From NCBI GenBank assembly GCA_964449465.1, contig CAYVBK010000015.1:64001-107854 (forward strand): a stretch of 43,854 nt of DNA. The letters run 5' to 3'. Numbering within the stretch: the first letter of the stretch is position 1; each line of letters opens with the position of its first letter. Below the pieces are notes generated by a model, which did not search any database, was not told where the DNA came from, and saw only the letters and a list, made by a program, of their open reading frames with translations. This stretch comes from an uncultured Anaerolineae bacterium (GTDB lineage: Bacteria; Chloroflexota; Anaerolineae; JAFGEY01). Positions 17,514 to 26,756 of this stretch are shown in pieces. The position numbers were made by a program, and so were the translations under genes.

Positions 17514-18725
17514 ATGCTCAAGCTCTCTCAAGGTGTCCAACGCATCGCCGAATCGGCCACCATGGCCATTGATTCGCGCGCCAAAGCCATGAAGCAAGCC
17601 GGCGAGAACGTGATTGCCCTGGCCGCCGGCGAACCCGACTTTGACACGCCGGCGCACATTGTGCGGGCGGCCAACGAGGCCCTGGCTGCCGGTTTTACCC
17701 GCTACACCCCCGCATCGGGCATTGCCGAGTTGCGCGCCGCCTGGGCCGACAAGGTGGGCCGTGAGCGTGGCATCTCTTTCAAGCCCAATCAGTTGATGGT
17801 CACGGCGGGCGGCAAGCAGGCCCTCTTTAATGTGGTCTATGCGCTGGTAGACGCCGGCGACGAGGTAATCATCCCGGCCCCATATTGGGTCAGCTATACC
17901 GAGCAGGTCAAGGCGGTAGGAGCCACGCCGGTGATCGTATCCACCTCGGCTCAAGAGAATTTCAAGATGAGTGCGGCGGCCCTGCGCCAGACCATCACCC
18001 CACGCACCCGTCTACTCATCCTCAACTCGCCCTCCAACCCCACCGGCGCGGTCTACAACCGCGCCGAATTGACCGCCCTGGCCGGGGTGTTGGTCGAAAA
18101 GCAGGTGCCCGTGCTGTCGGATGAGGTGTATGACTGTTTGATCTATGGAACAGAGGTGGAGCAGCGGCCGCCGTTTGTCAGTATTGCTTCGTTGGGCGAC
18201 GAGATACTCAAATTGACGGTGGTGGTGGGCGCAGCCTCCAAAGCCTATGCCATGACCGGCTGGCGCATCGGGTTTGCCGCCGGCCCCGCCGACCTGATCG
18301 CTGCTTGCGGGCGGCTGCAAAGCCAGACCACCAGCGGCCCCAACTCGATAGCCCAAAAGGCGGCTCTGGCTGCCATCACCGGCGATCAAGGCACGGTAGA
18401 GGTGATGCGCCAGGAGTTTGATCGGCGGCGGTGGTACATGGTAGAGCGGCTGAACGCTATGCCCCATATCACCTGCCCCGTCCCCACCGGCGCGTTTTAT
18501 GCCTTTCCCAAAATTTCGGCCTATTACGGCCAGCGATACGATCAAGAGCCGGTCAATGGCTCGATGGATTTTTGCCGCTTGCTGCTAGAGCATGAAAAAC
18601 TGGCCCTGGTGCCCGGCGTCGAATTTGGCAACGACGAACACGTCCGCCTGTCCTACGCCGCCAGCATGGCCCAAATCCAGGAGGCCCTCAACCGTCTGGA
18701 GCGATTCCTGGCGCGGCTGGATTGA
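17514..18725 (+). CDS. Aspartate/aromatic aminotransferase (PLP fold type I, AAT class)
   Basis: Start ATG 17514 with GGAGGA 6 nt upstream. Motifs NVIALAAGEPDFDTP and SKAYAMTGWRIG (Schiff-base Lys region). Confidence 0.85.
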   Translation: MLKLSQGVQRIAESATMAIDSRAKAMKQAGENVIALAAGEPDFDTPAHIVRAANEALAAGFTRYTPASGIAELRAAWADKVGRERGISFKPNQLMVTAGGKQALFNVVYALVDAGDEVIIPAPYWVSYTEQVKAVGATPVIVSTSAQENFKMSAAALRQTITPRTRLLILNSPSNPTGAVYNRAELTALAGVLVEKQVPVLSDEVYDCLIYGTEVEQRPPFVSIASLGDEILKLTVVVGAASKAYAMTGWRIGFAAGPADLIAACGRLQSQTTSGPNSIAQKAALAAITGDQGTVEVMRQEFDRRRWYMVERLNAMPHITCPVPTGAFYAFPKISAYYGQRYDQEPVNGSMDFCRLLLEHEKLALVPGVEFGNDEHVRLSYAASMAQIQEALNRLERFLARLD

Positions 18726-18770
18726 CCAGTCCCGGATATTGTAACACAACCCTCTGCATTGCACCGGATA

Positions 18771-18792
18771 GAGACGCAACATATTGCGTCTC
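18771..18792 (+). terminator. Perfect 9-bp stem hairpin GAGACGCAA-cata-TTGCGTCTC downstream of aminotransferase gene (weak U-tract)
   Basis: Seen directly in sequence. There is no strong T-run, so termination function is uncertain. Confidence 0.3.
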
Positions 18793-18915
18793 TACTCCTG
18801 CTGAGGAGTTGCCGCACGAGGGCGTGCCAAACTCCTCGATGGACATTTTCATGTTGGGTGGTGTGCGAGAATCGTGTATGATGACTACTGGGACGATTTT
18901 CAAAGGAGAATGAAC

Positions 18916-20862
18916 ATGCCCTCACATCCTTATCGCAACGGCTATGCGCACATGGTGCTGGACGACTATGTTGCCAGATTGCGCGACATTTACGCCCGCC
19001 GACGGGCACGGCTGGCAGCGGTTCAGACGCCGGCGCAGGCTGAGGCCTATCAATGCGAGGCGCGGGCGGCCATCCGGCAGGCTTTTACGCCCTGGAGCGG
19101 ATTGCCATCGCGCACGCCGCTCCATCCTCACATCAACGGCGTGATACAAAGAGATGATTTTTGCATCGAAAGGCTCACCTTTGAAAGCCGCCCCGGTTGC
19201 CTGGTCACGGCCAACCTGTACCTGCCGTGCGGTCTGGATGCTCCGGCGCCCTGCGTGTTGGCCCCTTGCGGCCATGCCGCCGAGGGCAAAGCCTACGAGT
19301 TGTATCAGGCTTTTTGTCAACGACTGGCTATGGCCGGATTTGTGGTGTTGATCTATGACCCGTTCAGCCAGGGCGAGCGCGAGCAGTATCACGGCCTGGC
19401 CTGCCGTCCGCAGGTAGGTTGGGGCACCCAGGCTCACAATATGATGGGCAAGCAACTCGATCTCTTGGGCGATTCGTTCGCCTTTTGGCGGACCTGGGAC
19501 GGTATTCGCGCCCTCGATTATCTGCTTTCGCGCCCCGAAATAGACCCCACCCGCGTCGGCCTCACCGGCAATTCGGGCGGCGGCACCCTCACCACCTGGC
19601 TGTGGGCGTTGGACGACCGGTTTACGATGGCCGCGCCCAACTGCTTTATCACCTCGTTTCTGAGCAACCTGGAGAACGAACTGCCCGCCGACGCCGAACA
19701 GTGCCCGCCGGGCGTCATTGCCGCCGGCCTGGACATGGCCGATTTTATGATCGCCCAATCTCCCAAACCGGCCATTTTGCTGGGCGAGCGCTATGACTTT
19801 TTTGACCGGCGCGGCCTGTTCCAGGCCTATCAAGATATTCGCTCTTTTTACGATGCGCTGGGTGCCGGCGACCGGGTCGAACTGTGGATCGGCGACCGCG
19901 ATCACGGCTATCATGAACCCAGCCAGCAGGCCATGGTTGAGTTTTTCTGCCGCCATGCACGTATGCCGATGGTGTGGCGCGATGCGGCCGTTCCGCTGCC
20001 GGCCGCCGACCTGTGGGCCACGCCGACCGGTCAGGTGATGGAACTAGGCGCCACGCCGGCCTATGAATTGATCGCCGCGCAGGCATGCGACATTGCCGCA
20101 ACCCGTCCCGCGCCAGACGATGAAACCTTGCGCTCCAGGCTGGCCGATCTGCTCAACCTGCCTGCCCGCTCTGCGCCACCCCATTACCGCATCCCCCGTC
20201 CGCTGCGCCAGGGCGATCCGGCATGGGCGCGCTTTGCCGTCGAGACCGAAGGCCCGGTGCGCGCCATTTTGTTCAAGCTGCTACGGCCATCCGATTCTCC
20301 TTTTACCCTGGATGTTGAGCTGGAAGCGCGCCTCTATGTGCCGCACATTTCGGCGCAGGCCGACCTGGCCGAGAACGAATGGGCCAAATCGCTGACGCAA
20401 GACCTGCCCTTGTATGCCCTGGATGTGCGCGGCCTCGGCGAATCACTGCCCGAAGAAGAACGTGGCGGTTTTTTGCAGCCCTATGGCATGGATTACATGT
20501 TTCATGCCTATGGATTGATGCTCAATCAGAGCTATCTGGGGCGACGCGTCTATGACCTGCTGCGGGTAATAGATTTGCTGATCGGCGAGGGGGCGCAGTG
20601 CATTGACCTCTATGGGCGCGGGCAGGGAGCGATCCTGGCCGCGCTGGCCGCGCTGTTCCACCCTCAGGTCGAATCGGTGACGCTTCAAGATGCGCCGCGG
20701 TCATTTTTCGAGTGGACGCAGACGCCCTATGTGGCCTGGCCGGCGGCCAACTGTGGGCGTGGCATCTTGCACGTAGCTGATCTACCCGATATGCTGCGCA
20801 TTTTGGGCCGCCGGGCGACGGTTCTTGGTCACTGGGATGCGACCATGTCTCCTCTGCACTGA
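18916..20862 (+). CDS. Alpha/beta-hydrolase (acetyl-xylan-esterase-like / Abhydrolase_7-type), 648 aa
   Basis: Nucleophile motif GLTGNSGGG. Start ATG 18916 with GGAGA 7 nt upstream. The antisense ORF 18922..19956 is rejected. Confidence 0.55.
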   Translation: MPSHPYRNGYAHMVLDDYVARLRDIYARRRARLAAVQTPAQAEAYQCEARAAIRQAFTPWSGLPSRTPLHPHINGVIQRDDFCIERLTFESRPGCLVTANLYLPCGLDAPAPCVLAPCGHAAEGKAYELYQAFCQRLAMAGFVVLIYDPFSQGEREQYHGLACRPQVGWGTQAHNMMGKQLDLLGDSFAFWRTWDGIRALDYLLSRPEIDPTRVGLTGNSGGGTLTTWLWALDDRFTMAAPNCFITSFLSNLENELPADAEQCPPGVIAAGLDMADFMIAQSPKPAILLGERYDFFDRRGLFQAYQDIRSFYDALGAGDRVELWIGDRDHGYHEPSQQAMVEFFCRHARMPMVWRDAAVPLPAADLWATPTGQVMELGATPAYELIAAQACDIAATRPAPDDETLRSRLADLLNLPARSAPPHYRIPRPLRQGDPAWARFAVETEGPVRAILFKLLRPSDSPFTLDVELEARLYVPHISAQADLAENEWAKSLTQDLPLYALDVRGLGESLPEEERGGFLQPYGMDYMFHAYGLMLNQSYLGRRVYDLLRVIDLLIGEGAQCIDLYGRGQGAILAALAALFHPQVESVTLQDAPRSFFEWTQTPYVAWPAANCGRGILHVADLPDMLRILGRRATVLGHWDATMSPLH

Positions 20863-20930
20863 AACGAGGAACCGCCTGGCCTGATTCGGCGTCTTGGTAT
20901 TGATGTTCTGGATCGAACAGGAGGTTGACC

Positions 20931-21782
20931 ATGAAATTGAACCGACACGAATTTATGCGACGTTTGGGCGTGACGTTGGCTGGCTGGTTGGCTGCGCGCA
21001 CCACCGCCGCGTGTCAGGTATTTCCACCTCGCGTATTGTGCTACGATCAGGCCCCGCCAGATACGCCCACCCCGGCAGTGACATGCTATACAGTTATGCC
21101 TTCGCCTACCCCATCCCTTTCCTCCGACGCCGGCGATTACCTCACCCGCCAGGCACAGATTTTCCAGGCCACCCTGGAAGCCGGCGGATTGCCGGCCGAG
21201 GCCACCCGACAGGCACAGGCGGCCCTGGCCCGCGAGCGGCTGCGGCTCTGTTGGCTGGCCGGACTGGATGCGCTGGCCAAGCAGGCGGAAGACCTGGATG
21301 TCGGTGAGCAGGCACAAAAGCAGTTGCTGGCCGATCACCGCGCTGCGCTGAACGATCTGGTGGCGCTGAACGAATTGAGCGCAGAGGCCGCCGATCAGGC
21401 ACAGATCGCCTTTGAAGGAGCAGCCTATCACGTCTGGCGCAGCAATGCCCCCATCACCTGCTATGAACCGATGCTGGTTGATTTCAGGCCGGTCAGCAGC
21501 GGCGATCTGGTATCACGCGCCAAAATCCTGTCCATGTCCAGCGACCTGAACCCGAACACGCTGGCGGTCATCCAGGCGTCTATGGAGCGCGATGTGGCGT
21601 TTCTCAACATGTCGCCCGACGAGGTGAATGTGCTGTATCAACGCTTTACCCAGTCGCGCAAGCAAGGGCAGCCGCCTCCCGATTTTGCCCATGTCGAGCT
21701 AGAGGTGCCGCCAGAAGCGGCCGAGGCGGCGCAGTTCCTGATCGAGGTGCTGGCGCGAGACCGTCTGCGAAACCGCCCATGA
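20931..21782 (+). CDS. Tat-signal exported protein with three C-Y-(D/T/E) motifs in a Pro/Thr-rich N-region and a helical C-domain; candidate rSAM substrate
   Basis: Twin-arginine signal EFMRRLGVTLAGWLAA with possible lipobox TAAC. Motifs are LCYDQAPP, TCYTVMPSP and TCYEPML. AGGAGG lies 7 nt upstream. The stop overlaps the rSAM start (ATGA). Confidence 0.6.
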   Translation: MKLNRHEFMRRLGVTLAGWLAARTTAACQVFPPRVLCYDQAPPDTPTPAVTCYTVMPSPTPSLSSDAGDYLTRQAQIFQATLEAGGLPAEATRQAQAALARERLRLCWLAGLDALAKQAEDLDVGEQAQKQLLADHRAALNDLVALNELSAEAADQAQIAFEGAAYHVWRSNAPITCYEPMLVDFRPVSSGDLVSRAKILSMSSDLNPNTLAVIQASMERDVAFLNMSPDEVNVLYQRFTQSRKQGQPPPDFAHVELEVPPEAAEAAQFLIEVLARDRLRNRP

Positions 21783-22855
21783 GCCAGACGCCGCCCCTCT
21801 ATTCGCTGATCTGGGAGGTGACGCAGCGCTGCAATCACCTGTGCCGACATTGCTACAATGTCTGGCAGCCTGACACCCCGACATGGCCATGTTCATACCC
21901 GCGCGGCGAGTTGGATACGGCGCAATCGCTGGCCTTGATTGACAAGGCGCTGGACGAGACGGGTTGCCCGCATGTCACCCTCACCGGCGGCGAGCCGCTT
22001 TTGCGCTCCGATCTGCTCCAGATTGTGGCCCACCTGCGTCGGCGCGGGGTGAGCCTCACTCTGATCAGCAACGGGCGGCTGTTGTCCGAGGAACTGGTTA
22101 TGGAATTGATCGAGGGCGGGGTGAGTATGTTCGAGCTGCCGCTGCTGAGCCGGCGGCACGAGATGCACGACCGGTTGTGTGGCGCAGAAAAAGCCGAGGG
22201 CATTGCCGGCGCATTTGATGCAGTGCTGGCGGCGGCCGCGCGCATCCGCTATCACGGCGGGGCATGGGTGGCCGTTTTTGTGGCTACCCGCCTCAACATT
22301 GCCGATCTGGATGAGACCATCCGCCTGGCATTTGCGTTTGGCGCCAGCGGCCTGATGCTCAATCGCCTGAACGTGGGCGGGCGCGGGCGGGCCTATGTGG
22401 ATGAACTGCTGCCCTCGGTGGAGCAGGTCAAGGCCGCGCTGGCAGTAGCCGAGGCGGCCCGAGTCGAGTTAAACTGGCCCATCTCTTGTTCTATCGCCAT
22501 CCAGCCCTGCCTGATAGACCTGGCCGTATACCCCCATTTGGGGTTTGGCTTTTGCGCCGCCGGCACCGCGCGAGCCTATTACACGCTGGACCCGTTGGGC
22601 AACGTGCGCCCTTGCAACCATACGCCCACCATTTTGGGCAATTTGTTTCGAGAATCCTGGGCCGACATTGTTTCGCCGGAGCGTCTGGCCCCTTTTATGC
22701 AGGCAATGCCTTCTTTTTGCAAGGCCTGCCGCCTGCGCGAGACGTGTCAGGGCGGATGCAAAGCCGCCGCCCAGGTCTATGCCGGTTCTTTGAGCGAGCC
22801 GGAGCCGTTTTTGTGTCGTCACCTGGATCAGGCACAGCCCGTTTTGTCCGACTGA
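21779..22855 (+). CDS. Radical SAM enzyme with C-terminal SPASM domain (peptide/protein-modifying maturase class)
   Basis: CNHLCRHCY is the Cx3Cx2C motif. SPASM cysteines CAAGT...RPCNHTP...CKACRLRETCQGGCK are present. Translationally coupled to the upstream gene. Confidence 0.85.
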   Translation: MSQTPPLYSLIWEVTQRCNHLCRHCYNVWQPDTPTWPCSYPRGELDTAQSLALIDKALDETGCPHVTLTGGEPLLRSDLLQIVAHLRRRGVSLTLISNGRLLSEELVMELIEGGVSMFELPLLSRRHEMHDRLCGAEKAEGIAGAFDAVLAAAARIRYHGGAWVAVFVATRLNIADLDETIRLAFAFGASGLMLNRLNVGGRGRAYVDELLPSVEQVKAALAVAEAARVELNWPISCSIAIQPCLIDLAVYPHLGFGFCAAGTARAYYTLDPLGNVRPCNHTPTILGNLFRESWADIVSPERLAPFMQAMPSFCKACRLRETCQGGCKAAAQVYAGSLSEPEPFLCRHLDQAQPVLSD

Positions 22856-22892
22856 ACCAGGTTTGAAGCCATTCAGTTTTCTGGGAGGTTTG

Positions 22893-23300
22893 ATGATGTT
22901 GAACAAATGGGTTTTGTGTCTCGGCCTGGTCATTGTACTGTTGGGCGTTTCGGCCTGCGGCTCGGCCAAAACGGCCGAGATCAAACTGGGCGCAGGCGAT
23001 GATGGGCGCGAGATCGAGCTCAAGCAGGGGCAGGTGATGGCGATCAGTCTGGATAGCAACCCCACTACCGGCTATAGTTGGGCGGCCGTAGACCTGGATG
23101 AGGCCATTCTCCAGTCGGAGGGCGAGGCCGAGTTCAAATCGGAGAGACAGCCGGGAGTGGTGGGCGCCGGCGGCGTCGAAACACTGCGCTTCAAGGCAGT
23201 GAGCACGGGCAAGGTCACGCTCAAGCTGGCCTACCGCCGCTCTTGGGAGCAAAACGTCGAGCCGATCCAGACCTGGAGCGTCTCGGTCATAGTGCGCTAG
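22893..23300 (+). CDS. Chagasin-family (MEROPS I42) cysteine-peptidase inhibitor, lipoprotein
   Basis: Signal plus lipobox LLGVSAC. Conserved chagasin loop motif NPTTGYSW. GGGAGG lies upstream. Confidence 0.8.
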   Translation: MMLNKWVLCLGLVIVLLGVSACGSAKTAEIKLGAGDDGREIELKQGQVMAISLDSNPTTGYSWAAVDLDEAILQSEGEAEFKSERQPGVVGAGGVETLRFKAVSTGKVTLKLAYRRSWEQNVEPIQTWSVSVIVR

Positions 23301-23485
23301 GAGACCGCTGAAAAAGTCTATTTTTACCACAAAGGACACCGAGAACACCAAGACTTACGATACTTTTGGGTCGCTAGAAATGCTTTGTGTCCTTTGTGTC
23401 TTGGTGGTGAGAGGTTTTTTCAGCACGCTCCTAGGGAGGCCGCTGAAAAAGTCGGTTTTCATCACAAAGAACACCCAAGAGGCAA
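23297..23485 (+). repeat. MITE-like palindromic dispersed repeat, copy C (full copy 23297-23436 plus adjacent half-copy 23437-23485)
   Basis: ctaggagaccgctgaaaaagtctatttttaccacaaaggacac...gtgtcctttgtgtcttggtggtgag...ttttttcagcacgctcctagg, followed by a second left arm gaggccgctgaaaaagtcggttttcatcacaaagaacac. Lies between convergent genes. The ORFs 23380..23757 and 23385..23714 are rejected. Confidence 0.8.
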
Positions 23486-26422
23486 TTATTGCACACACCG
23501 ACTTGCCATTCGAATCTGTTCCAGCACATGGCGCGCCTGCTCGGCGCGCTGCCTGGCCCCGATTTGTTCCAATGTTGACAATGCTGCGGCCGCGTCTTGG
23601 TGCGCGGCCGCCAGCTCGCCCCGCGCCAGGGCAACTTTTGCCAGCCCCAGCCGGGCAATTGCCGCGCCCCAGCGATCATCCGCCTCAAGGCAAAGCGCGG
23701 CGGCAGTGGTATAGGCAACCTTGGCAACCTCCCATTCGCCCAACTCGCAGGCAATAGCGCCAAGATTATTATGGCTTAGTCCCTGCGCACGCTGGTCTCC
23801 GATGGTGCGGCGAAGCTCCAATGCGCGCATGTAATGATCCTGTGCCGTCAGCAGCGTACCCTCGTGCTGAGCCACAATGCCCAAGATGTTATAGGCATCC
23901 GCTTCCCCGCGCCGGTCACCGAGCTCTTGGCACAGCGCCAGACTTTGTTCCAAATAGCCCCTGGCCGCAGCATAGTCCCCTTGTTGCCACGCTACATTGG
24001 CCAACCCTTGCAGCGCATCTGCCAGCACCGGCATGTCGCCGGCGCGCGCGGCGGCGGTGTGCGCCCGCTCGTAGAGATCCCGTGCTTCAGGCAACCGTTC
24101 CAGGCGGCGTAGCGCATAGCCCCACTGCCGCAAGCCCGCCGCAGATAAAACATCATCACCAACCGCCAGCGACAGCGACACGGCACACCCGGCAGCCGCC
24201 GCCGCGACAGCGTAATCGCTGATCGCTTCAGCCAAGTGCGCCTGGCGCAATGCGGTTTCAATTTGATAGCGCGGCATCGCCAATGCTGGCGTCGTTTCTA
24301 CCAGGGCGGCCAGCTCCTGGAGCGCAGCGCGCTGCTCTTCGCGGCGGCCGGCCATATCGCATACAGATTCCAGCCCACAGAGCAACTTGTAACGCAGTTC
24401 CGGTGCTGGCGCCAATGCCAGCCCACGTCGGTAATACTCACCAGCTTGCTCTTGCGCATAAGCCTGCCGTGCCTGATCGCCCGCCTGAAGCAGATAGTGG
24501 GCGGCCGGCGCGCGTTGTTGCGCCCGGTCAAAGTGATGCGCCAGCAACGCGACCTGTGCGGGCTGTAGCGTCTCCAATGCGTGGGCGAGCCGGGCGTGGA
24601 GCAGGCGGCGCAGCGGCACAGGGACGGCCTGGTAGAGCGCGGCGCGGATTTTGTCGTGTGCTATATCCCACCCATCGGCGACAGGCCGCGCCAGCTGGCG
24701 CGTCTGCCAGTCGGCCAAAGCCGTCTCCACATCCTCTATCTCACATTCACCGGCGACGGTCAGCAATTCGGCGTCGAAAGGCTGCCCGTGCGCCGCTGCC
24801 AGGCTGAGCAGATATTGCCCCTGCTCGTCGAGCCGGATAGTGCGCTGTAAAATGATGTCTTGCACGCGCGTCGGCAGCGACAGCGGTGCAATCAAATCCC
24901 CAACAATTTCCCAGTTTCCCCCCTCGCCGCGCACAAAGCCCTGTTCTCGCAGGGCAGCCAGCGCTTCCCCAATGATGAACGGATTGCCCTCGCTTTCGCG
25001 GAACAGGTAATCCCCTAGCGGCGTTGTCCTCTCTGTTTGAAGCAGCAGGCTCGTCAGTTTCGCCACATCAGCGGCGGTCAGTGGCGAGAGTTCCAACAGA
25101 TGCAGCAGCCCGTCGCGGTTGAGAGTCTGCCGCAGGCGAGTGAGTGGATGGTCGGGCAGCGCATCGTCGGACCGGTACGCGCCGACGAGCCAGCAAGGAG
25201 CTTTGTTCAGGTTGCGCGTCAGATAATGAATCAAATCCAGTGTGTCGGAGTCGGCCCAGTGCAAATCATCCAGAAAAATCACACACGGGGTACGCAATCT
25301 ACACAAATCGCGCAGCCAGGCGGCAATGGCAGCAAAGAGCGCGTGGCGTGCTTCCGGTTGAAATGGCCCGGTGAGCCATTGCGCCAACGGATTGTCAGGT
25401 ACAACGTGCAACGCTTCATAGAGAGCCTGATAGGGCAGAGTGCGGTTGAATCCATAGCAACGTCCCCGCAGCACCCGCGCACCCTGTCCGGCAATAAAAC
25501 GCAACGTTTCCTGAACAAGCCGCGTCTTGCCGATGCCGGCCTCGCCAGCGACAAGGGTGAGGCCACCGGCACTGCGCCGGGCAGCATCCCACTGCACCAG
25601 CAGCCAGGCGTGCGCCTCTGCGCGGCCCACCAGCGGCAGCAACGCCGGCGGCGGAGCCAAGTCGGCAGACTCTGTCAATTCAGCGTTGGCAACAATGCGA
25701 CGATACAGCGACTCGGTTTCCGGCGCGGGGGCAACGCCGAGTTCCGTTTCCAAAAGATGGCGACACACTTCATATTGCCGCAAAGCAGCGTCGCGCTCGC
25801 CTTGCAATGCAAGCAGCAGCATCAATTGGCGATGCGCGCTTTCGCGCCAGGGGTCAAGGTCCAGCGCGCGCCGGGCGCAAGCGACGGCGGCGGGCCATTC
25901 GCCGCGCTGTCGGTGATAGGCGATCAGCCCATCCCACGCGCTCAACGCCAGCGTGTGGGCCTGCTCCTGCTGAATGCGCTGCCATTCTTCAAACTCGGGG
26001 CAGCCGGGCAGCGAAAAGCCCGCCAGCAGCGGCCCGCGGTAGAGTTCCAGCGCGGCACTCAGCGCAGCGGGGGATTGCTGCGCAGTGCGATAAGCGGCGA
26101 TCAGAACGTGAAGGTCAATCCAGGCCGGGGTTGGCGGAGTCAGGGCGATGGTTTCCCGGTCGCTGGCGATGCAGGCGGGGAACAAGTCGCGCAGATTGGA
26201 AAGCACACGGCTGAGGTTGCCGCGCGCGCGGGCTTCGGGCTGCTCGCCCCAGAACAGCCCGGCCAGTTGTTCGCGGCGAAGCGAGCGCGCTTCCAGCAGC
26301 AGGTAGCAGAACAGAGCGCGCGCCTTGTCGGACTCAAAGGCGGTAACGGGCTGCCCGGCCCATTCCACCCGAAAACCGCCCAGCAACCAGACACGCAACT
26401 CGCTCATCTCATCATCCAGCAT
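23486..26422 (-). CDS. SARP/AfsR-like large transcriptional regulator (OmpR-type wHTH + BTAD + NB-ARC ATPase + TPR)
   Basis: N-terminus LRVWLLGGFRVEWAGQPV...ARALFCYLLLE is the SARP DNA-binding region plus BTAD. Walker A GEAGIGKTRL and Walker B VIFLDDLHWAD are present. C-terminal TPR-like repeats. The antisense ORF 25037..26458 is rejected. Confidence 0.8.
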   Translation of the reverse strand: MLDDEMSELRVWLLGGFRVEWAGQPVTAFESDKARALFCYLLLEARSLRREQLAGLFWGEQPEARARGNLSRVLSNLRDLFPACIASDRETIALTPPTPAWIDLHVLIAAYRTAQQSPAALSAALELYRGPLLAGFSLPGCPEFEEWQRIQQEQAHTLALSAWDGLIAYHRQRGEWPAAVACARRALDLDPWRESAHRQLMLLLALQGERDAALRQYEVCRHLLETELGVAPAPETESLYRRIVANAELTESADLAPPPALLPLVGRAEAHAWLLVQWDAARRSAGGLTLVAGEAGIGKTRLVQETLRFIAGQGARVLRGRCYGFNRTLPYQALYEALHVVPDNPLAQWLTGPFQPEARHALFAAIAAWLRDLCRLRTPCVIFLDDLHWADSDTLDLIHYLTRNLNKAPCWLVGAYRSDDALPDHPLTRLRQTLNRDGLLHLLELSPLTAADVAKLTSLLLQTERTTPLGDYLFRESEGNPFIIGEALAALREQGFVRGEGGNWEIVGDLIAPLSLPTRVQDIILQRTIRLDEQGQYLLSLAAAHGQPFDAELLTVAGECEIEDVETALADWQTRQLARPVADGWDIAHDKIRAALYQAVPVPLRRLLHARLAHALETLQPAQVALLAHHFDRAQQRAPAAHYLLQAGDQARQAYAQEQAGEYYRRGLALAPAPELRYKLLCGLESVCDMAGRREEQRAALQELAALVETTPALAMPRYQIETALRQAHLAEAISDYAVAAAAAGCAVSLSLAVGDDVLSAAGLRQWGYALRRLERLPEARDLYERAHTAAARAGDMPVLADALQGLANVAWQQGDYAAARGYLEQSLALCQELGDRRGEADAYNILGIVAQHEGTLLTAQDHYMRALELRRTIGDQRAQGLSHNNLGAIACELGEWEVAKVAYTTAAALCLEADDRWGAAIARLGLAKVALARGELAAAHQDAAAALSTLEQIGARQRAEQARHVLEQIRMASRCVQ

Positions 26423-26450
26423 CCAATATCCACCGAAGGATTGGCGAAGA

Positions 26451-26463
26451 CTTTTTGAGTATA
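26451..26463. promoter_or_regulatory. Perfect 12-bp palindrome TGAGTATACTCA in divergent promoter region
   Basis: Seen directly. It contains the GAGTATAC core shared with motifs at 8328, 8350 and 40733, and a -10-like TATACT. Confidence 0.35.
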
Positions 26464-26504
26464 CTCAGATTCAAGCATTACGGCAACCCAATCGCCGGGA
26501 GAGG

Positions 26505-26756
26505 ATGATGAATCTGGACACGTATATGCCTTCAACTTATCGCGCGTTCATTTTGCGGATGTGGACAGAGCAAGACACGTTTGATGCCATGTCGCCGCCA
26601 TTGTGGCGTTTTAGCCTGGAGAGCATCGGAACACAGGAGGAGCCATCATCAGAGCGGCGCGGTTTTGCCAGCGTAGAAGAACTGCTGGCGTATGTGCAGG
26701 AATTGGCCCTCGCCAATTCGGCTGGGGATAAATCTATTATTCAGGAGGTCAAATGA
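26505..26756 (+). CDS. Small hypothetical protein (83 aa), translationally coupled to downstream giant secreted protein
   Basis: GGGAGAGG RBS followed by an ATG ATG start. The stop TGA overlaps ATG 26753 of the next gene (ATGA). No Cys residues and no signal peptide. Confidence 0.5.
   Translation: MMNLDTYMPSTYRAFILRMWTEQDTFDAMSPPLWRFSLESIGTQEEPSSERRGFASVEELLAYVQELALANSAGDKSIIQEVK

Noticed and set aside
25037-26458. 473-aa plus-strand ORF antisense to the SARP gene. Similar long antisense ORFs are 41132..43114, 18922..19956, 27017..27970, 28838..29797, 5106..6104, 6272..7252, 9937..10740, 2581..3390 and 13538..14030.
   Set aside because: They have R/Q/P/G/H-rich low-complexity composition typical of antisense frames in high-GC DNA. 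The opposite strand carries clear family motifs in each case (Walker A, VWA MIDAS, GNSGGG, CSLREA, SEC-C).
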